A stretch of 64,000 bases of DNA. Origin: Pseudomonadota bacterium (GTDB lineage: Bacteria > Pseudomonadota > Alphaproteobacteria > UBA11222). Positions 38,737 to 49,019 of the stretch are shown here, piece after piece. The translations under genes and the position numbers were made by a program. Position 1 is the first letter of the stretch. The number at the start of each line of letters is the position of its first letter. The notes beneath the pieces are model-generated. The model was not told the DNA's origin. It ran no database searches and saw only the letters and a list, made by a program, of their open reading frames with translations. The stretch spans positions 3,137 to 67,136 of the forward strand of contig JBMOMW010000056.1 of the NCBI GenBank assembly GCA_049325255.1, in the 5' to 3' direction.

Positions 38737-40260
38737 ATGGCACTTTCGCCGCGTTTAGATATCAGGCAAAGCCAGGGGTTGGTGATGACCCCCCAATTGC
38801 AGCAGGCGATCAAGCTGCTGCAAATGTCAAATTTTGAGCTTGAAGCCTATGTGGAGGGGGAGTTGGAACGTAATCCTCTCCTGGAGCGCGACGAATCTGC
38901 CCACAAGCCAGATGCGGTCGAGCGGCCCTCTGAAGAGACGGTCTATTCCGAAGGGCCTGAGAACGACCTGCAATTGCGCGATGACACCTCTCTGGTATCC
39001 GCCACAGACAGTCTGGATACGGATTATGACAATCTGTATGACGGCGATAGCGGGGCCGACCGGGCAACGGCTGATCAAAGCGAGCCCCCCTTTAATTCCG
39101 ACTGGGCCAGCGCCGGCACAGGTGGCGGCAGCTTTCAGGAAAACGAATATAATCTCGAAGATCGTATTTCCGCACAGGTCAGCCTGCGCGACCATCTGCT
39201 CGGGCAACTGCATCTGGGTGTTCGCGATCCCCGCGCCCGGGTGCTTGGCGCGCAGATCATCGATATGCTGGATGAGGCAGGCTATCTTGTTGAAACGCTG
39301 GAACGGATCGCTGCGCGTCAGGGGGCGGCGCTTGCCGATGTGGAGGCGGTGCTTAAAATTCTGCAGGGATTTGATCCGACCGGCGTATGCGCACGCAATC
39401 TTGCGGAATGTCTGGCGCTGCAATTGCGTGAACGCAACCGGCTGGATCCGGCCATGCAGTTATTGCTGGAAAATCTGCCGCTGCTGGCGCGCCATGACCG
39501 CGCGGGCCTGATAAAAATCTGCGGCGTTGACGCAGAAGACCTCACCGACATGATTGCGGAAATCAAGGCGCTGGATCCCAAGCCGGGCCTGACCTTTGGC
39601 TTTGAGCCCGCGCAACCGGTGGTGCCGGATGTATTTGTGCGCAGAGGCGCCGATGGCGCCTGGATGGTGGAGCTGAACAACGCCACGCTGCCAAAAGTGC
39701 TGATCAATTCGCAATATTGCGCGCGCGTCGTGAAACAGAAAATCAGTTCGCAGGACAAGGCCTATATTTCAGAATGTCTGAGCAATGCCAACTGGCTGGT
39801 AAAAAGTCTGGAACAGCGCGCCCGCACCATTCTGAAAGTGTCTGCTGAACTGGTGCGTCAGCAGGAAGGATTTTTCGAACATGGCGTGTCACATCTCAAG
39901 CCGCTAAATCTGCGCACCATTGCAGATGCGATTGAAATGCACGAATCCACCGTCAGCCGCGTAACCGCAAATAAATATATCGCCACCCATCGCGGCGTCT
40001 ATGATATGAAATATTTCTTCACGGCGTCCATTGCGTCCAGCGAAGGCGGCGACGCGCATTCCGCCGCAGCCGTGCGTCACAAGATCAAGGCGCTAATCGA
40101 CGCCGAACTCCCCGGTAAAATTTTGTCCGATGACAGGCTGGTGGTTTTGTTGCGCGAATCGGGAATGGACATTGCGCGGCGGACAGTGGCGAAATATCGC
40201 GAAGCCCTGCGGATTCCCTCGTCTGTCGAACGCCGCCGCGCGAAACAGATGCGCGCTTAA
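38737..40260 (+). CDS. rpoN: RNA polymerase sigma-54 factor
   Basis: N-terminal region I (QSQGLVMTPQLQQAIKLLQMSNFEL). C-terminal RpoN box (ARRTVAKYRE) and HTH. 507 aa. Confidence 0.9.
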   Translation: MALSPRLDIRQSQGLVMTPQLQQAIKLLQMSNFELEAYVEGELERNPLLERDESAHKPDAVERPSEETVYSEGPENDLQLRDDTSLVSATDSLDTDYDNLYDGDSGADRATADQSEPPFNSDWASAGTGGGSFQENEYNLEDRISAQVSLRDHLLGQLHLGVRDPRARVLGAQIIDMLDEAGYLVETLERIAARQGAALADVEAVLKILQGFDPTGVCARNLAECLALQLRERNRLDPAMQLLLENLPLLARHDRAGLIKICGVDAEDLTDMIAEIKALDPKPGLTFGFEPAQPVVPDVFVRRGADGAWMVELNNATLPKVLINSQYCARVVKQKISSQDKAYISECLSNANWLVKSLEQRARTILKVSAELVRQQEGFFEHGVSHLKPLNLRTIADAIEMHESTVSRVTANKYIATHRGVYDMKYFFTASIASSEGGDAHSAAAVRHKIKALIDAELPGKILSDDRLVVLLRESGMDIARRTVAKYREALRIPSSVERRRAKQMRA

Positions 40261-40465
40261 ACTATCAATAATATCATGTAGTTAACCTGAAATTTGCTTT
40301 CGTGGGCAAAACGCGCTATCCGGTGGGATCTTATGCGGATAATTTGGAGAAATGCTGCTGGGGTTTTTGAACTGTAGCGCCTTTCAACAGCAACTTTACA
40401 CCGGCTGACTGGACACCAGGTTTTGACCTGCATGTTCGCAGCCGAGATGTTAAGGATAGAAATTT

Positions 40466-40933
40466 ATGTCGCTTGCGGATATTTTGAAGCCTGAAGGGAT
40501 AATCGCCAATCTGAAGGCGCGGGGCAAAAAGCAGGCATTGCAGGAGCTTAGCGCTGTCGCCAGCAAGTTGTGCGGATTCGAGGCGCAGCATATTCTCGAT
40601 AAATTGCTGCAGCGTGAACGCCTTGGCACCACCGGCGTCGGGCAGGGCATCGCCATCCCGCACGCCAAGTTCGCCGAAGCCGACAAGGTTGTAGGCCTGT
40701 TCGCAAGACTGGAACAGCCGATTGATTTTGAATCCATCGATGACCGTCCGGTGGATTTGATTTTTCTGCTGATCGCACCCGAAGCCGGTGGCGCAGAACA
40801 TCTGCGTACGCTTGCCCGCGTATCGCGGCTGTTGCGCAATCAGGAACTGTGCACAAAGCTGCGCGGCTCGCGTGAGCGCGCCGCATTATATGCGCTGCTC
40901 ACGGAACCAACGGCGTCCTCTTCTGCGGCTTAA
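40466..40933 (+). CDS. ptsN: PTS IIA-like nitrogen regulatory protein
   Basis: EIIA-Ntr active-site His region (GTTGVGQGIAIPHAK). 155 aa. Confidence 0.85.
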   Translation: MSLADILKPEGIIANLKARGKKQALQELSAVASKLCGFEAQHILDKLLQRERLGTTGVGQGIAIPHAKFAEADKVVGLFARLEQPIDFESIDDRPVDLIFLLIAPEAGGAEHLRTLARVSRLLRNQELCTKLRGSRERAALYALLTEPTASSSAA

Positions 40934-41847
40934 GCTGCGGGCGTCTTCAACTCGCTTTGCAGGAATTGCAGCGTCTGATCCCGGTCGCCCACGCCCAGCA
41001 ATGTGCAGTTCAGATCGGTGACGCCAATATCGCGCAGGCGGCGGATGGTTGCGCTGATTTCTTTTTCGCTGCCAACACAGGCAAAATCGCTTGGGCCAGC
41101 GGCGCCTTCCTTGTCCAGCATGGCGCGGTAGGATTTCAGAGTGCCGTACATTTTCAGTCCACGCTCCAGACGTTCGCGCACTGCCTCCTTGTCCGCAACA
41201 AGTGCGAACGGCATGCCCGCGACAATGCGCGGCGCGGGTTTGCCCGCCTCGATCGCAGCCTTGCTGATTTTCGGGATGATGTGTGTTTCCAGCGTCTTTG
41301 GGCCGGTCATCCAGGTGATTGTGCCATCCGCATAAGTTCCCGCCAGCTTTAACATCACGTCGCCAAGTGCGGCCACCACGACGGGCACGCCTTTGGATTC
41401 CGACACAGTGATCATGGCGTTGGTTTTATACAGATCACCCGAGAACTGCACTTTTTCATTGCGCACAGCGGGCATCAGAACCTGCAAATATTCGCGCATA
41501 TGGCGGGCAGGCCGGTCATAGGACATGCCCAATGCGCCTTCAATGATCGGCTGATGCGACAGGCCGATGCCCAGTGTGAAGCGCCCGTTGGAGGCTGCCT
41601 GCACGGTTGCGGCTTCCTGCGCCATGGTCAGCGGGTGACGCGGATAGGTAGGCACGACCGCCGTGCCAAGCTTGATGCGGCTGGTTTCACGCCCGATCAG
41701 CGCCATCGACATCATGGCGTCCAGGCCGAACATGCTGGCGATCCACAGGCTGTCAAAGCCCATTTGCTCGATCTTTTTGGCCTGGGCGATCATGCCGTCA
41801 ATGGTGCCTTCCGGCCCGATGCCTGCTGTGTTAATGCCTATTTTCAT
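40930..41847 (-). CDS. LLM class flavin-dependent (F420-dependent-like) oxidoreductase
   Basis: Start chosen at MKIGINT, with a GGAGA RBS. TIM-barrel LLM segments. Confidence 0.75.
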   Translation of the reverse strand: MKIGINTAGIGPEGTIDGMIAQAKKIEQMGFDSLWIASMFGLDAMMSMALIGRETSRIKLGTAVVPTYPRHPLTMAQEAATVQAASNGRFTLGIGLSHQPIIEGALGMSYDRPARHMREYLQVLMPAVRNEKVQFSGDLYKTNAMITVSESKGVPVVVAALGDVMLKLAGTYADGTITWMTGPKTLETHIIPKISKAAIEAGKPAPRIVAGMPFALVADKEAVRERLERGLKMYGTLKSYRAMLDKEGAAGPSDFACVGSEKEISATIRRLRDIGVTDLNCTLLGVGDRDQTLQFLQSELKTPAA

Positions 41848-41866
41848 CGTTCGTTCTCCCTGATTG

Positions 41867-42646
41867 TTATTTTCTGTGTTTGGCCCAGGCCCGCACGGCT
41901 TTGCCGAAGGCCTGGAAAATTGCCGCATAGGCGGGGTTTTCACTGGCCCGCCATTCCGGATGCCACTGTACACCAAGTGCAAAGCCCGGCGCACCGTCAA
42001 TCGACACCGCCTCGATGGTGCCGTCCGGCGCTACGGCTTCCACCTGCAGGCCTTGCGCCAGCCGGTCGATGCCCTGATTATGCACCGAATTGACCTTGAA
42101 CTTCGCCGCGCCGATGATGCGCGCAAGATGGGTTTTCGCCAGCACGGTAATGTCATGCGCCGGTTCGTAGCGCCGTTCGGGCGTTGCCGCCGGGTTTTCC
42201 ATATGCCCGTTCAGATGATTATGGCGCCCCGGCAGCTCCTGCACGAATTGGTGCAGGGTGCCGCCAAGGGCGACATTCATTTCCTGCATGCCCCGGCACA
42301 CCGCCAGCAGGGGGACGCCCTTTTTCACGGCGGCGCGAATCAGCGGCAGTGTCAGTGCGTCACGTTGCGGATCAGCGTGATTGTCAGCGCGCGGCGGTGG
42401 CCCGCCATAATTTTCCGGCGCGACATTGGACGGCGAACCGGGCAGAAAAACGCCATCCACCGCCGCCAGAATTTGCGCAATATCCAGCGGTTCGCGTGTA
42501 ACCGGGATCAGCAGCGGCACGGCGCCCGCCACATCGCGCACGGCGTTGATATATTTTTCGCCAACCGCATGAAACGGCATATCGCCGATTATCCGGTAAT
42601 CGCATGGAACCCCAACAATCGGGGGGCGTTTTTTGGATCGCGGCAT
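41867..42646 (-). CDS. gamma-glutamyl-GABA hydrolase family class I glutamine amidotransferase (PuuD-like)
   Basis: Catalytic Cys (LLAVCRGMQ) and His region (VQWHPE). 259 aa. Confidence 0.75.
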   Translation of the reverse strand: MPRSKKRPPIVGVPCDYRIIGDMPFHAVGEKYINAVRDVAGAVPLLIPVTREPLDIAQILAAVDGVFLPGSPSNVAPENYGGPPPRADNHADPQRDALTLPLIRAAVKKGVPLLAVCRGMQEMNVALGGTLHQFVQELPGRHNHLNGHMENPAATPERRYEPAHDITVLAKTHLARIIGAAKFKVNSVHNQGIDRLAQGLQVEAVAPDGTIEAVSIDGAPGFALGVQWHPEWRASENPAYAAIFQAFGKAVRAWAKHRK

Positions 42647-42669
42647 GGTGCGTGTCTTGTCGTTGCGAT

Positions 42670-43335
42670 TCAGCGTTTATTCTGCGAACCGGGTGCGGGA
42701 TCAAGCAGGATGAATAATTTCGGGTCCAGTGGCCCGGTGGCGCGGATATCACTTAGACCGATCTGCGTGGTCAGCCCTTGCGCATCGATTACCACCCATT
42801 GCCGCAGTTCGATATTTGCATCGCCACGATCCAGAAATGTCAGCGTGATCTCGCCTTTTTCCGGGGCTTTCGGATCGCGCAGTTTGACGCGCAACAGTCC
42901 GGTATCACGCTTTACCGCAACCACTTCACGCTCTGATCCCAATTTTACCTTGTCCGCCAATATCGGGCTGAGCGGGGTGGAGCCAATCGGATAGCGGTCA
43001 ATCATCGCGTCCGCACCCTCGCGCACGGCAACGGATGTGCCATCGGCAATGATCAGCAAATCCTCGGGCGGCGCATATTCAAAGCGCATGCGTCCGGGAC
43101 GGTTGAGAAAGAATTTGCCCCGGCTGACCGCGCCATCGGGTGCGATCTGCATAAAACCCGCCTGCAACCGGTCAAGCTGGTTGAGATAGGTGTTTACCCG
43201 GGCAAGATCGGCGCGTTGCTGTGTGTTCAGACCCGCCAGCGGGTCGCCCTGGCCCCATGCAGGGGCATGCGCGAACGCGCCCATGAATAGGAGCGGTGTA
43301 ATGAGCGGTAAAAAACGGCGAAGAAAAAAAGACAT
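42670..43335 (-). CDS. LolA-like outer-membrane lipoprotein carrier protein
   Basis: Signal peptide (MSFFLRRFLPLITPLLFMGAFAHA). About 220 aa. Weak family resemblance. Confidence 0.5.
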   Translation of the reverse strand: MSFFLRRFLPLITPLLFMGAFAHAPAWGQGDPLAGLNTQQRADLARVNTYLNQLDRLQAGFMQIAPDGAVSRGKFFLNRPGRMRFEYAPPEDLLIIADGTSVAVREGADAMIDRYPIGSTPLSPILADKVKLGSEREVVAVKRDTGLLRVKLRDPKAPEKGEITLTFLDRGDANIELRQWVVIDAQGLTTQIGLSDIRATGPLDPKLFILLDPAPGSQNKR

Positions 43336-43416
43336 TACGCTTTCTAACGCAATAAGCACCGGGAGTGCACCAGTTAGTTCAGCCCGCCGCTTATATGTGC
43401 ATACGCAGACGCCCCT

Positions 43417-44088
43417 TCAATGCCCGGCGGAAGCATGGGCTTCGTGCTGGGGCCTATAGGCTATGCGCCGGATCAGAAAATCACTGGAATCCGTGGTGAT
43501 CAGCCCTGGCTCAATTTCCAGACCACTTTCCGTGACATAGGGGGTTGCGAACATTTCCAGCCGGTCAAAGGGTTCGCGGGTTGTAATCACGATCTGATGC
43601 GTCCCGCCGGCCGTTTCCGGTAAAAACAGGCCCTGCCCAATCTCAAGCCTGCCGCGATAGGCCCGCCATCCGCCACGCTCATGATAAACGGTACCGGCCT
43701 GCTCTGCTTCGCCACGATAAAAATATGTCACATCCACGTCCGCCCGCATAACAGGCTGATCAAAGACGATGATAATCTGTTCAGAATGGTTCTGCACCGG
43801 ATCAAATCCGGTTTCCGCCTTGATGGCTGGCGCGCTGGCCTGCGCGCCCGCCGCGCCAATCCCGTCACGGTGCCTGCCGACAGCTACAGCGCTGGGCGAA
43901 TTATCCCCGACATTCTGCGCCAGGATGTGCAGTCCGGCATCGATGGCGGACAGATCGTCCCCCATCTCTACATTTATCCATGCGGCGTCGCGCACAGGTC
44001 TGAGATTGGCTGACGAAGATTGCGCAAATGCTGCGTCTGTACATAACATTGAAACTAGGAAGATAAACCTGGCAGCGTAACCCGTCAT
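43417..44088 (-). CDS. hypothetical secreted protein
   Basis: Signal peptide (MTGYAARFIFLVSMLCTDAAFA). 223 aa. No motif recognised. Confidence 0.45.
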   Translation of the reverse strand: MTGYAARFIFLVSMLCTDAAFAQSSSANLRPVRDAAWINVEMGDDLSAIDAGLHILAQNVGDNSPSAVAVGRHRDGIGAAGAQASAPAIKAETGFDPVQNHSEQIIIVFDQPVMRADVDVTYFYRGEAEQAGTVYHERGGWRAYRGRLEIGQGLFLPETAGGTHQIVITTREPFDRLEMFATPYVTESGLEIEPGLITTDSSDFLIRRIAYRPQHEAHASAGH

Positions 44089-44228
44089 GTCCGGCTCCTG
44101 CTTCTATTCGTTAATTTTTCCCTGTGCCCAGGATTACAGCATGGTTAATTCGTCTTGTCCAAGATAATTACATGCCACCTTTGCGTGTGGTAGGAATGGG
44201 GGAATAATATCCAGCAGGGAGAAATAAA

Positions 44229-45218
44229 ATGCGGGCGATGATGGTGCGGGAAAACAGTCTTGATATGTCAGTGATGAAACTGGAAGAAGTGGAACTGCCG
44301 CCGCCCGGCGAAAAGGAAGTCCGGGTGCGCATTCGCGCGGCGTCAACACAGTTTCCCGACATTCTGATGATCCAGAAAAAATATCAGTATCAGCCGCCAC
44401 TGCCCTATATTCCGGGTACGGAGTTTGCCGGCGACGTGGTGGCGCTGGGCGAAGGGGTCACGCAATGGAAAATTGGTGATGCCGTGGTGGCGGGCATGCT
44501 GACCGGGGGCGGTTTCGCCGATGAGGTGAATGTCTATGAAGGCAGTTTGCGCCGCAAGCCAACGCCGCTCAGCTATGGCCAGGCATGCTCGTTCCGCTCC
44601 GCCTATCTGACGGCGCAGGTCTCGCTGATCCGGCGTGGCGAATTACAGCCGGGCGAAACCCTGCTGGTGCATGGCGCGGCAGGCGGTGTGGGGCTGGCCG
44701 CCGTTGAAGTGGGCAAGATGCTGGGCGCGACCGTTATCGGCACCGGCAGCACCGATGCCAAGCTGGCCGTGGTCACAAAATACGGCGCCGATCATGTGAT
44801 CAATTACGGCGCGGATTTCAAAAAGGGCTTTCGCGAAAAAGTGAAGGAACTCACAGGCGGCAATGGCGCCGATGTGATTTATGATCCGGTGGGCGGCGAT
44901 GTGTTCGATGAATCCGTGCGCTGCATCAACTGGGGCGGACGGTTGCTGATCATCGGTTTTACGTCGGGGCGTATTCCATCCGCGCCCGTAAATATGCCGC
45001 TGATCAAGGGCTTTTCCATTGTCGGCGTGCGCGCTGGTGAATATGGCCGCAAGGATCCGCAAAAGGGCCGCGAGAATATCGCCATGGTCGATCAGTGGGC
45101 GGAAGAAGGCAAGATCAACCCCTATGTCTGCGCCGAAGTGCCTCTGGAACGCGCCCATGAGGCCCTGGCCATGATCCAGGACCGCACAGTGGTCGGGCGC
45201 GTTGTGGTGGTGATGTAG
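44229..45218 (+). CDS. NADPH:quinone oxidoreductase / zinc-type alcohol dehydrogenase superfamily (MDR)
   Basis: Nucleotide-binding motif (LVHGAAGGVGLAAVEVGKMLGA). 329 aa. Strong RBS GGGAGA. Confidence 0.8.
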   Translation: MRAMMVRENSLDMSVMKLEEVELPPPGEKEVRVRIRAASTQFPDILMIQKKYQYQPPLPYIPGTEFAGDVVALGEGVTQWKIGDAVVAGMLTGGGFADEVNVYEGSLRRKPTPLSYGQACSFRSAYLTAQVSLIRRGELQPGETLLVHGAAGGVGLAAVEVGKMLGATVIGTGSTDAKLAVVTKYGADHVINYGADFKKGFREKVKELTGGNGADVIYDPVGGDVFDESVRCINWGGRLLIIGFTSGRIPSAPVNMPLIKGFSIVGVRAGEYGRKDPQKGRENIAMVDQWAEEGKINPYVCAEVPLERAHEALAMIQDRTVVGRVVVVM

Positions 45219-45221
45219 GGC

Positions 45222-46715
45222 CTATTTTCCGTCTTTTTTGGCGGGGGCTTCGTCAGCCAGTTTCACGGCGACAAAGCGCAGGTCGCCGCCGCGATAGAGC
45301 AGCAGAAGGACGGATTTCTTTCCGGCCTTCTTTGCTTCAGCGACTTTGTCCTTTACCTCTTGCGGGGAACGCACTTCCTGCTGCGCCACCTCGACGATCA
45401 CATCGCCGGGGCGCACGCCTTTTTCGCGTGAGGGACCCGCATCATCAACGGCAACGACGGCGACGCCGTTGACATCGGCGCCAACCTCAAATTGCTCGCG
45501 CAGCAAGGCGCTCAGGGGGGCCAGCAACAGGCCCAAATCATTGACCTCCGTGCCTGTGGGCTGTTCGCTGGAGGGTTTGCCGCCGGTTTCCCCGTTGGCG
45601 GCTGATTTTTCAAACTCCTCCAGGCGGCCCAGCACAACGCGGAAGCTCTTTTCCTTGCCGTCACGCCATACGATGACATCGGATTCCTTGCCAACCGCCG
45701 TTTCCGCCACAATGCGGGGCAGATCGCTCATTTCCGGAACGGGCTGACCATTAAAGCGGATGATAACGTCGCCTGCTTTAATGCCGGCAACGGCTGCGGG
45801 GCCGCCCGGCGTGACTTCTGCAATCAGCGCGCCGCCTGGTTTCAGCATGCCAAAACTTTCCGCCAGTTCATCTGTGACCGATTGAATGCGCACGCCCAGC
45901 CAGCCGCGGCGTGTTTCGCCAAACTCCTGCAGTTGCGTGACCACATTGCTGACAATGTCGGATGGTATCGCAAAGCCAATACCGATCGAGCCGCCCGAAG
46001 GCGAAATGATGGCCGTATTCACGCCGATCACTGCGCCATCCATGTCAAACAGCGGGCCACCGGAATTGCCGCGATTAATGGCCGCATCCGTTTGCAGGAA
46101 GGAATCATAGGGACCGGAATTGATATTGCGGTTTTGCGCCGAAATAATACCCGCCGATACAGAACCTCCAAGTCCAAACGGATTGCCGATTGCCAGCACC
46201 CAGTCGCCCACGCGCATTTTCGATGAAGCGCCAAACTTTACAAATGGCAGGGGTTTTTTGGCTTCTACCTTCAGTACTGCAAGATCGGTTTTCATGTCAC
46301 GGCCGATAACTTTTGCCGGGAATTGCGTACCGTCGCTTAAATTCACGCTGATTTCGTCGGCTTTGCCAATGACGTGGTTATTGGTCACGACAATCCCGGA
46401 TGGATCAATAATAAAGCCGGAACCAAGTGAGGAAACCTTGCGGGCCAGGCCTTTTTCACCCTGTTGATCGAAAAAGTCCTTGAACAGATCCTCGAACGGC
46501 GAACCAGGCGGGAATTGCGGCATTTCATTCGCTTCCGGCCCCTGCACCGTTTGTGAAGTGGCGACGTTGACCACTGCGGGTGACAGGCGCGCCGCCAGAT
46601 CGGCAAAGCTGTCCGGGGCTGAACGCGCATGGACGGCGCCGGGCATCGCAAAATTTGCGGCGAATATCAATGCCGCCGCTACGCTGAACATCCGACCAAA
46701 TGACCGCATCTGCAT
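45222..46715 (-). CDS. degP: Do-family serine endoprotease DegP/HtrA
   Basis: Signal peptide. Catalytic triad context (TNNHV...D...GNSGGPL) and two PDZ domains. Start chosen at MQMRSF with an AAAGGA RBS. Confidence 0.85.
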   Translation of the reverse strand: MQMRSFGRMFSVAAALIFAANFAMPGAVHARSAPDSFADLAARLSPAVVNVATSQTVQGPEANEMPQFPPGSPFEDLFKDFFDQQGEKGLARKVSSLGSGFIIDPSGIVVTNNHVIGKADEISVNLSDGTQFPAKVIGRDMKTDLAVLKVEAKKPLPFVKFGASSKMRVGDWVLAIGNPFGLGGSVSAGIISAQNRNINSGPYDSFLQTDAAINRGNSGGPLFDMDGAVIGVNTAIISPSGGSIGIGFAIPSDIVSNVVTQLQEFGETRRGWLGVRIQSVTDELAESFGMLKPGGALIAEVTPGGPAAVAGIKAGDVIIRFNGQPVPEMSDLPRIVAETAVGKESDVIVWRDGKEKSFRVVLGRLEEFEKSAANGETGGKPSSEQPTGTEVNDLGLLLAPLSALLREQFEVGADVNGVAVVAVDDAGPSREKGVRPGDVIVEVAQQEVRSPQEVKDKVAEAKKAGKKSVLLLLYRGGDLRFVAVKLADEAPAKKDGK

Positions 46716-46813
46716 ATTCATAATCCTTTTAACTGCCATCGCTTACCAAGCCCGCCGCACATATTTAGTTCCTGAATAAGGAAAAAGTGCGGCGTGATTC
46801 AGGTTGTTTGTGT

Positions 46814-47701
46814 TTATCGTGTTCCCGCCGCGCTGCCCTTGCCGCTCAAATCAATGAAGTAGCGGAAAAATTCACTGTCTGGCGACAGCACCATTGTGGT
46901 GTCGGCGGGCTTGAAAGCTTCCTGATAGGCGCGCATGGAACGGTAGAAAGCGAAAAACTCCGGGTCCTTGCCAACCGCATCGGCAAAGATACGGTTACGT
47001 TCGCCATCGCCCTTACCGCGCGTGATTTCCGCATCGCGCTTGGCTTCGGCCAGCAGCACGGTTTTGTCACGGTCCGCGCGTGAACGGATACGCTGGGCAA
47101 TTTCCGCACCCTGGGCGCGCGCCTCTCGCGCTTCACGCTCCCGCTCGGTCTGCATGCGGCGGTAGATTGCCTGGCTGTTGGCCTCGGGCAGATCGGCCCG
47201 TCTTATGCGGACATCCACAATTTCGATACCGAATTGCGCGGCTTCGTGATTCACCCGGTCGCGGATCAAATTCATCAGCGCCGCACGTTCACCAGACAGA
47301 ATTGCGAAAAAAGTTTCCTTGCCCAGCACCTGCCGCAAGCCTGCATTCAGCAGCGTGGAAAGCCGTGCGTCCACACCCGCCAGCGTCACCACCGTCTGGC
47401 GGAATTTCAGCGGATCGGTAATGCGAAAGCGCGCAAAGGCGTCCACCACCAGGCGTTTCTGGTCCGATGCAATGACTTCCGCCTCGGGAATGTCATAGTC
47501 CAGAATGCGTTTGTCAAAGAAGATCACGTTCTGCACAAAGGGCAGTTTCCAGTTAAGTCCCGGCTCGCTGACCACGCGCCTGGGATCGCCAAATTGCAGC
47601 ACCAGCGCCTGTTCGGTCTGGTGCACGGTAAACAGGGTTGAATATGCCAGCATCACCAAGGCGCCGGCGGCGATCAGCAGAAGCGGAAGGCTTTTATTCA
47701 T
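46814..47701 (-). CDS. hflC: protease modulator HflC
   Basis: N-terminal membrane anchor and SPFH domain. Immediately downstream of hflK with a 4-nt overlap. Confidence 0.85.
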   Translation of the reverse strand: MNKSLPLLLIAAGALVMLAYSTLFTVHQTEQALVLQFGDPRRVVSEPGLNWKLPFVQNVIFFDKRILDYDIPEAEVIASDQKRLVVDAFARFRITDPLKFRQTVVTLAGVDARLSTLLNAGLRQVLGKETFFAILSGERAALMNLIRDRVNHEAAQFGIEIVDVRIRRADLPEANSQAIYRRMQTEREREAREARAQGAEIAQRIRSRADRDKTVLLAEAKRDAEITRGKGDGERNRIFADAVGKDPEFFAFYRSMRAYQEAFKPADTTMVLSPDSEFFRYFIDLSGKGSAAGTR

Positions 47702-48861
47702 TGTGCTTCTCCCGTCTGGTTTTTATTTTTCAATTCCGGCAGGGGCAGATAGGGCACCATGCCGCTGCCTTTGGGATCGGTGATCACAATCTTGTTCATG
47801 CCGGCCAGCACCTTCTCCATGGTTTCCAGATAGATGCGCTTTTGCGTTACATCTTTGGCTTTGACATATTGGTCATGGACCGCTGTAAAGCGTTGCGCGT
47901 CACCATTGGCCTCTGCGATGGTCTGTTGCATATAGGCTTGGGCATCCTGCTCGATTTGCGCGGCCTCACCACGGGCGCGGGGGATAATGTCATTGGCATA
48001 GGCTTCGGCCTCGTTGCGCTGGCGTTCCAGATCGGCGCGCGCCGCCTGCACGTCGCGGAAGGCGTCAATCACCGCGATGGGGGGGTCGACTTTCTGCAAC
48101 TGCACCTGACTGATTTGTATGCCCGCATTGTAACTGTCCAGCACCTGCTGGGTCAGCAACACCACGTCCTGTTCGATCTGGCTGCGCGCTTCGGTCAGGA
48201 TCGGGGTGATCTGCATGCGGCCAATGACTTCGCGCATGGCGCTTTGCGCGACGGATTTCACGTTTTCCGGCGCATTGGCCATATTGAACAGAAATTTTTC
48301 TGCATCGCTGATGCGCCAGAACACTGAAAAATCCACATCGACGATATTTTCATCGCCCGTCAGCATCAGGCTTTCCTGTGGCACGTCCTGGGTGCGGTCG
48401 GGATTGCGCACATCGGTGAACGGGCGAAAGCCCACATCGACCCGGTTGACGTTCGTCACCGGCGGCGTCAGCACCGTTTCTATCGGGTATGGCAGATGAT
48501 AATTCAGCCCGGGCTGGGTAATTTCGGAAAATTTGCCAAAGCGCAGCACAACGCCCTGCTGGTCGGTTTTTACCGTATAAAAGCCGGTCGCCAGCCACAG
48601 CCCACCCAGCAGGATTGCAATCAGACCCAGGCCGTTGCCGCCAATCTTGCCACCGGGGAACAGATTTTGCAGCCGCTCCTGCGCCTGGCGCAGCATGGCC
48701 TCGATGTCGGGGGGCTGTTGTCCGCCACCAGGTCCACCGCCGCCCCAGGGGCCACGGGGGCCTTGCGGGCCGCGCGGGCCACCGCCATCGCCGCCGCCGG
48801 GCCGCTTGCCCCAGGGCCCGCGATTTCCGGAATCACCGTTTCCGTCATTATTCCAGGGCAT
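47698..48861 (-). CDS. hflK: FtsH protease activity modulator HflK
   Basis: Gly/Pro-rich N-terminus, one membrane span, then an SPFH domain. Confidence 0.85.
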   Translation of the reverse strand: MPWNNDGNGDSGNRGPWGKRPGGGDGGGPRGPQGPRGPWGGGGPGGGQQPPDIEAMLRQAQERLQNLFPGGKIGGNGLGLIAILLGGLWLATGFYTVKTDQQGVVLRFGKFSEITQPGLNYHLPYPIETVLTPPVTNVNRVDVGFRPFTDVRNPDRTQDVPQESLMLTGDENIVDVDFSVFWRISDAEKFLFNMANAPENVKSVAQSAMREVIGRMQITPILTEARSQIEQDVVLLTQQVLDSYNAGIQISQVQLQKVDPPIAVIDAFRDVQAARADLERQRNEAEAYANDIIPRARGEAAQIEQDAQAYMQQTIAEANGDAQRFTAVHDQYVKAKDVTQKRIYLETMEKVLAGMNKIVITDPKGSGMVPYLPLPELKNKNQTGEAQ

Positions 48862-49019
48862 AGGCGTTGCGCTCCACTGTTCTGATCCAGGCTCGTATTG
48901 GCTTTAAGACTAATGCGGGTTATATGACAGACATGCCAGCTACGCAATCGCATCACAGGTCTAAGTGGCGCTTGATTGTGCGAATTTCAACAAGACCGAT
49001 AGGATAATAGGTACATCAC

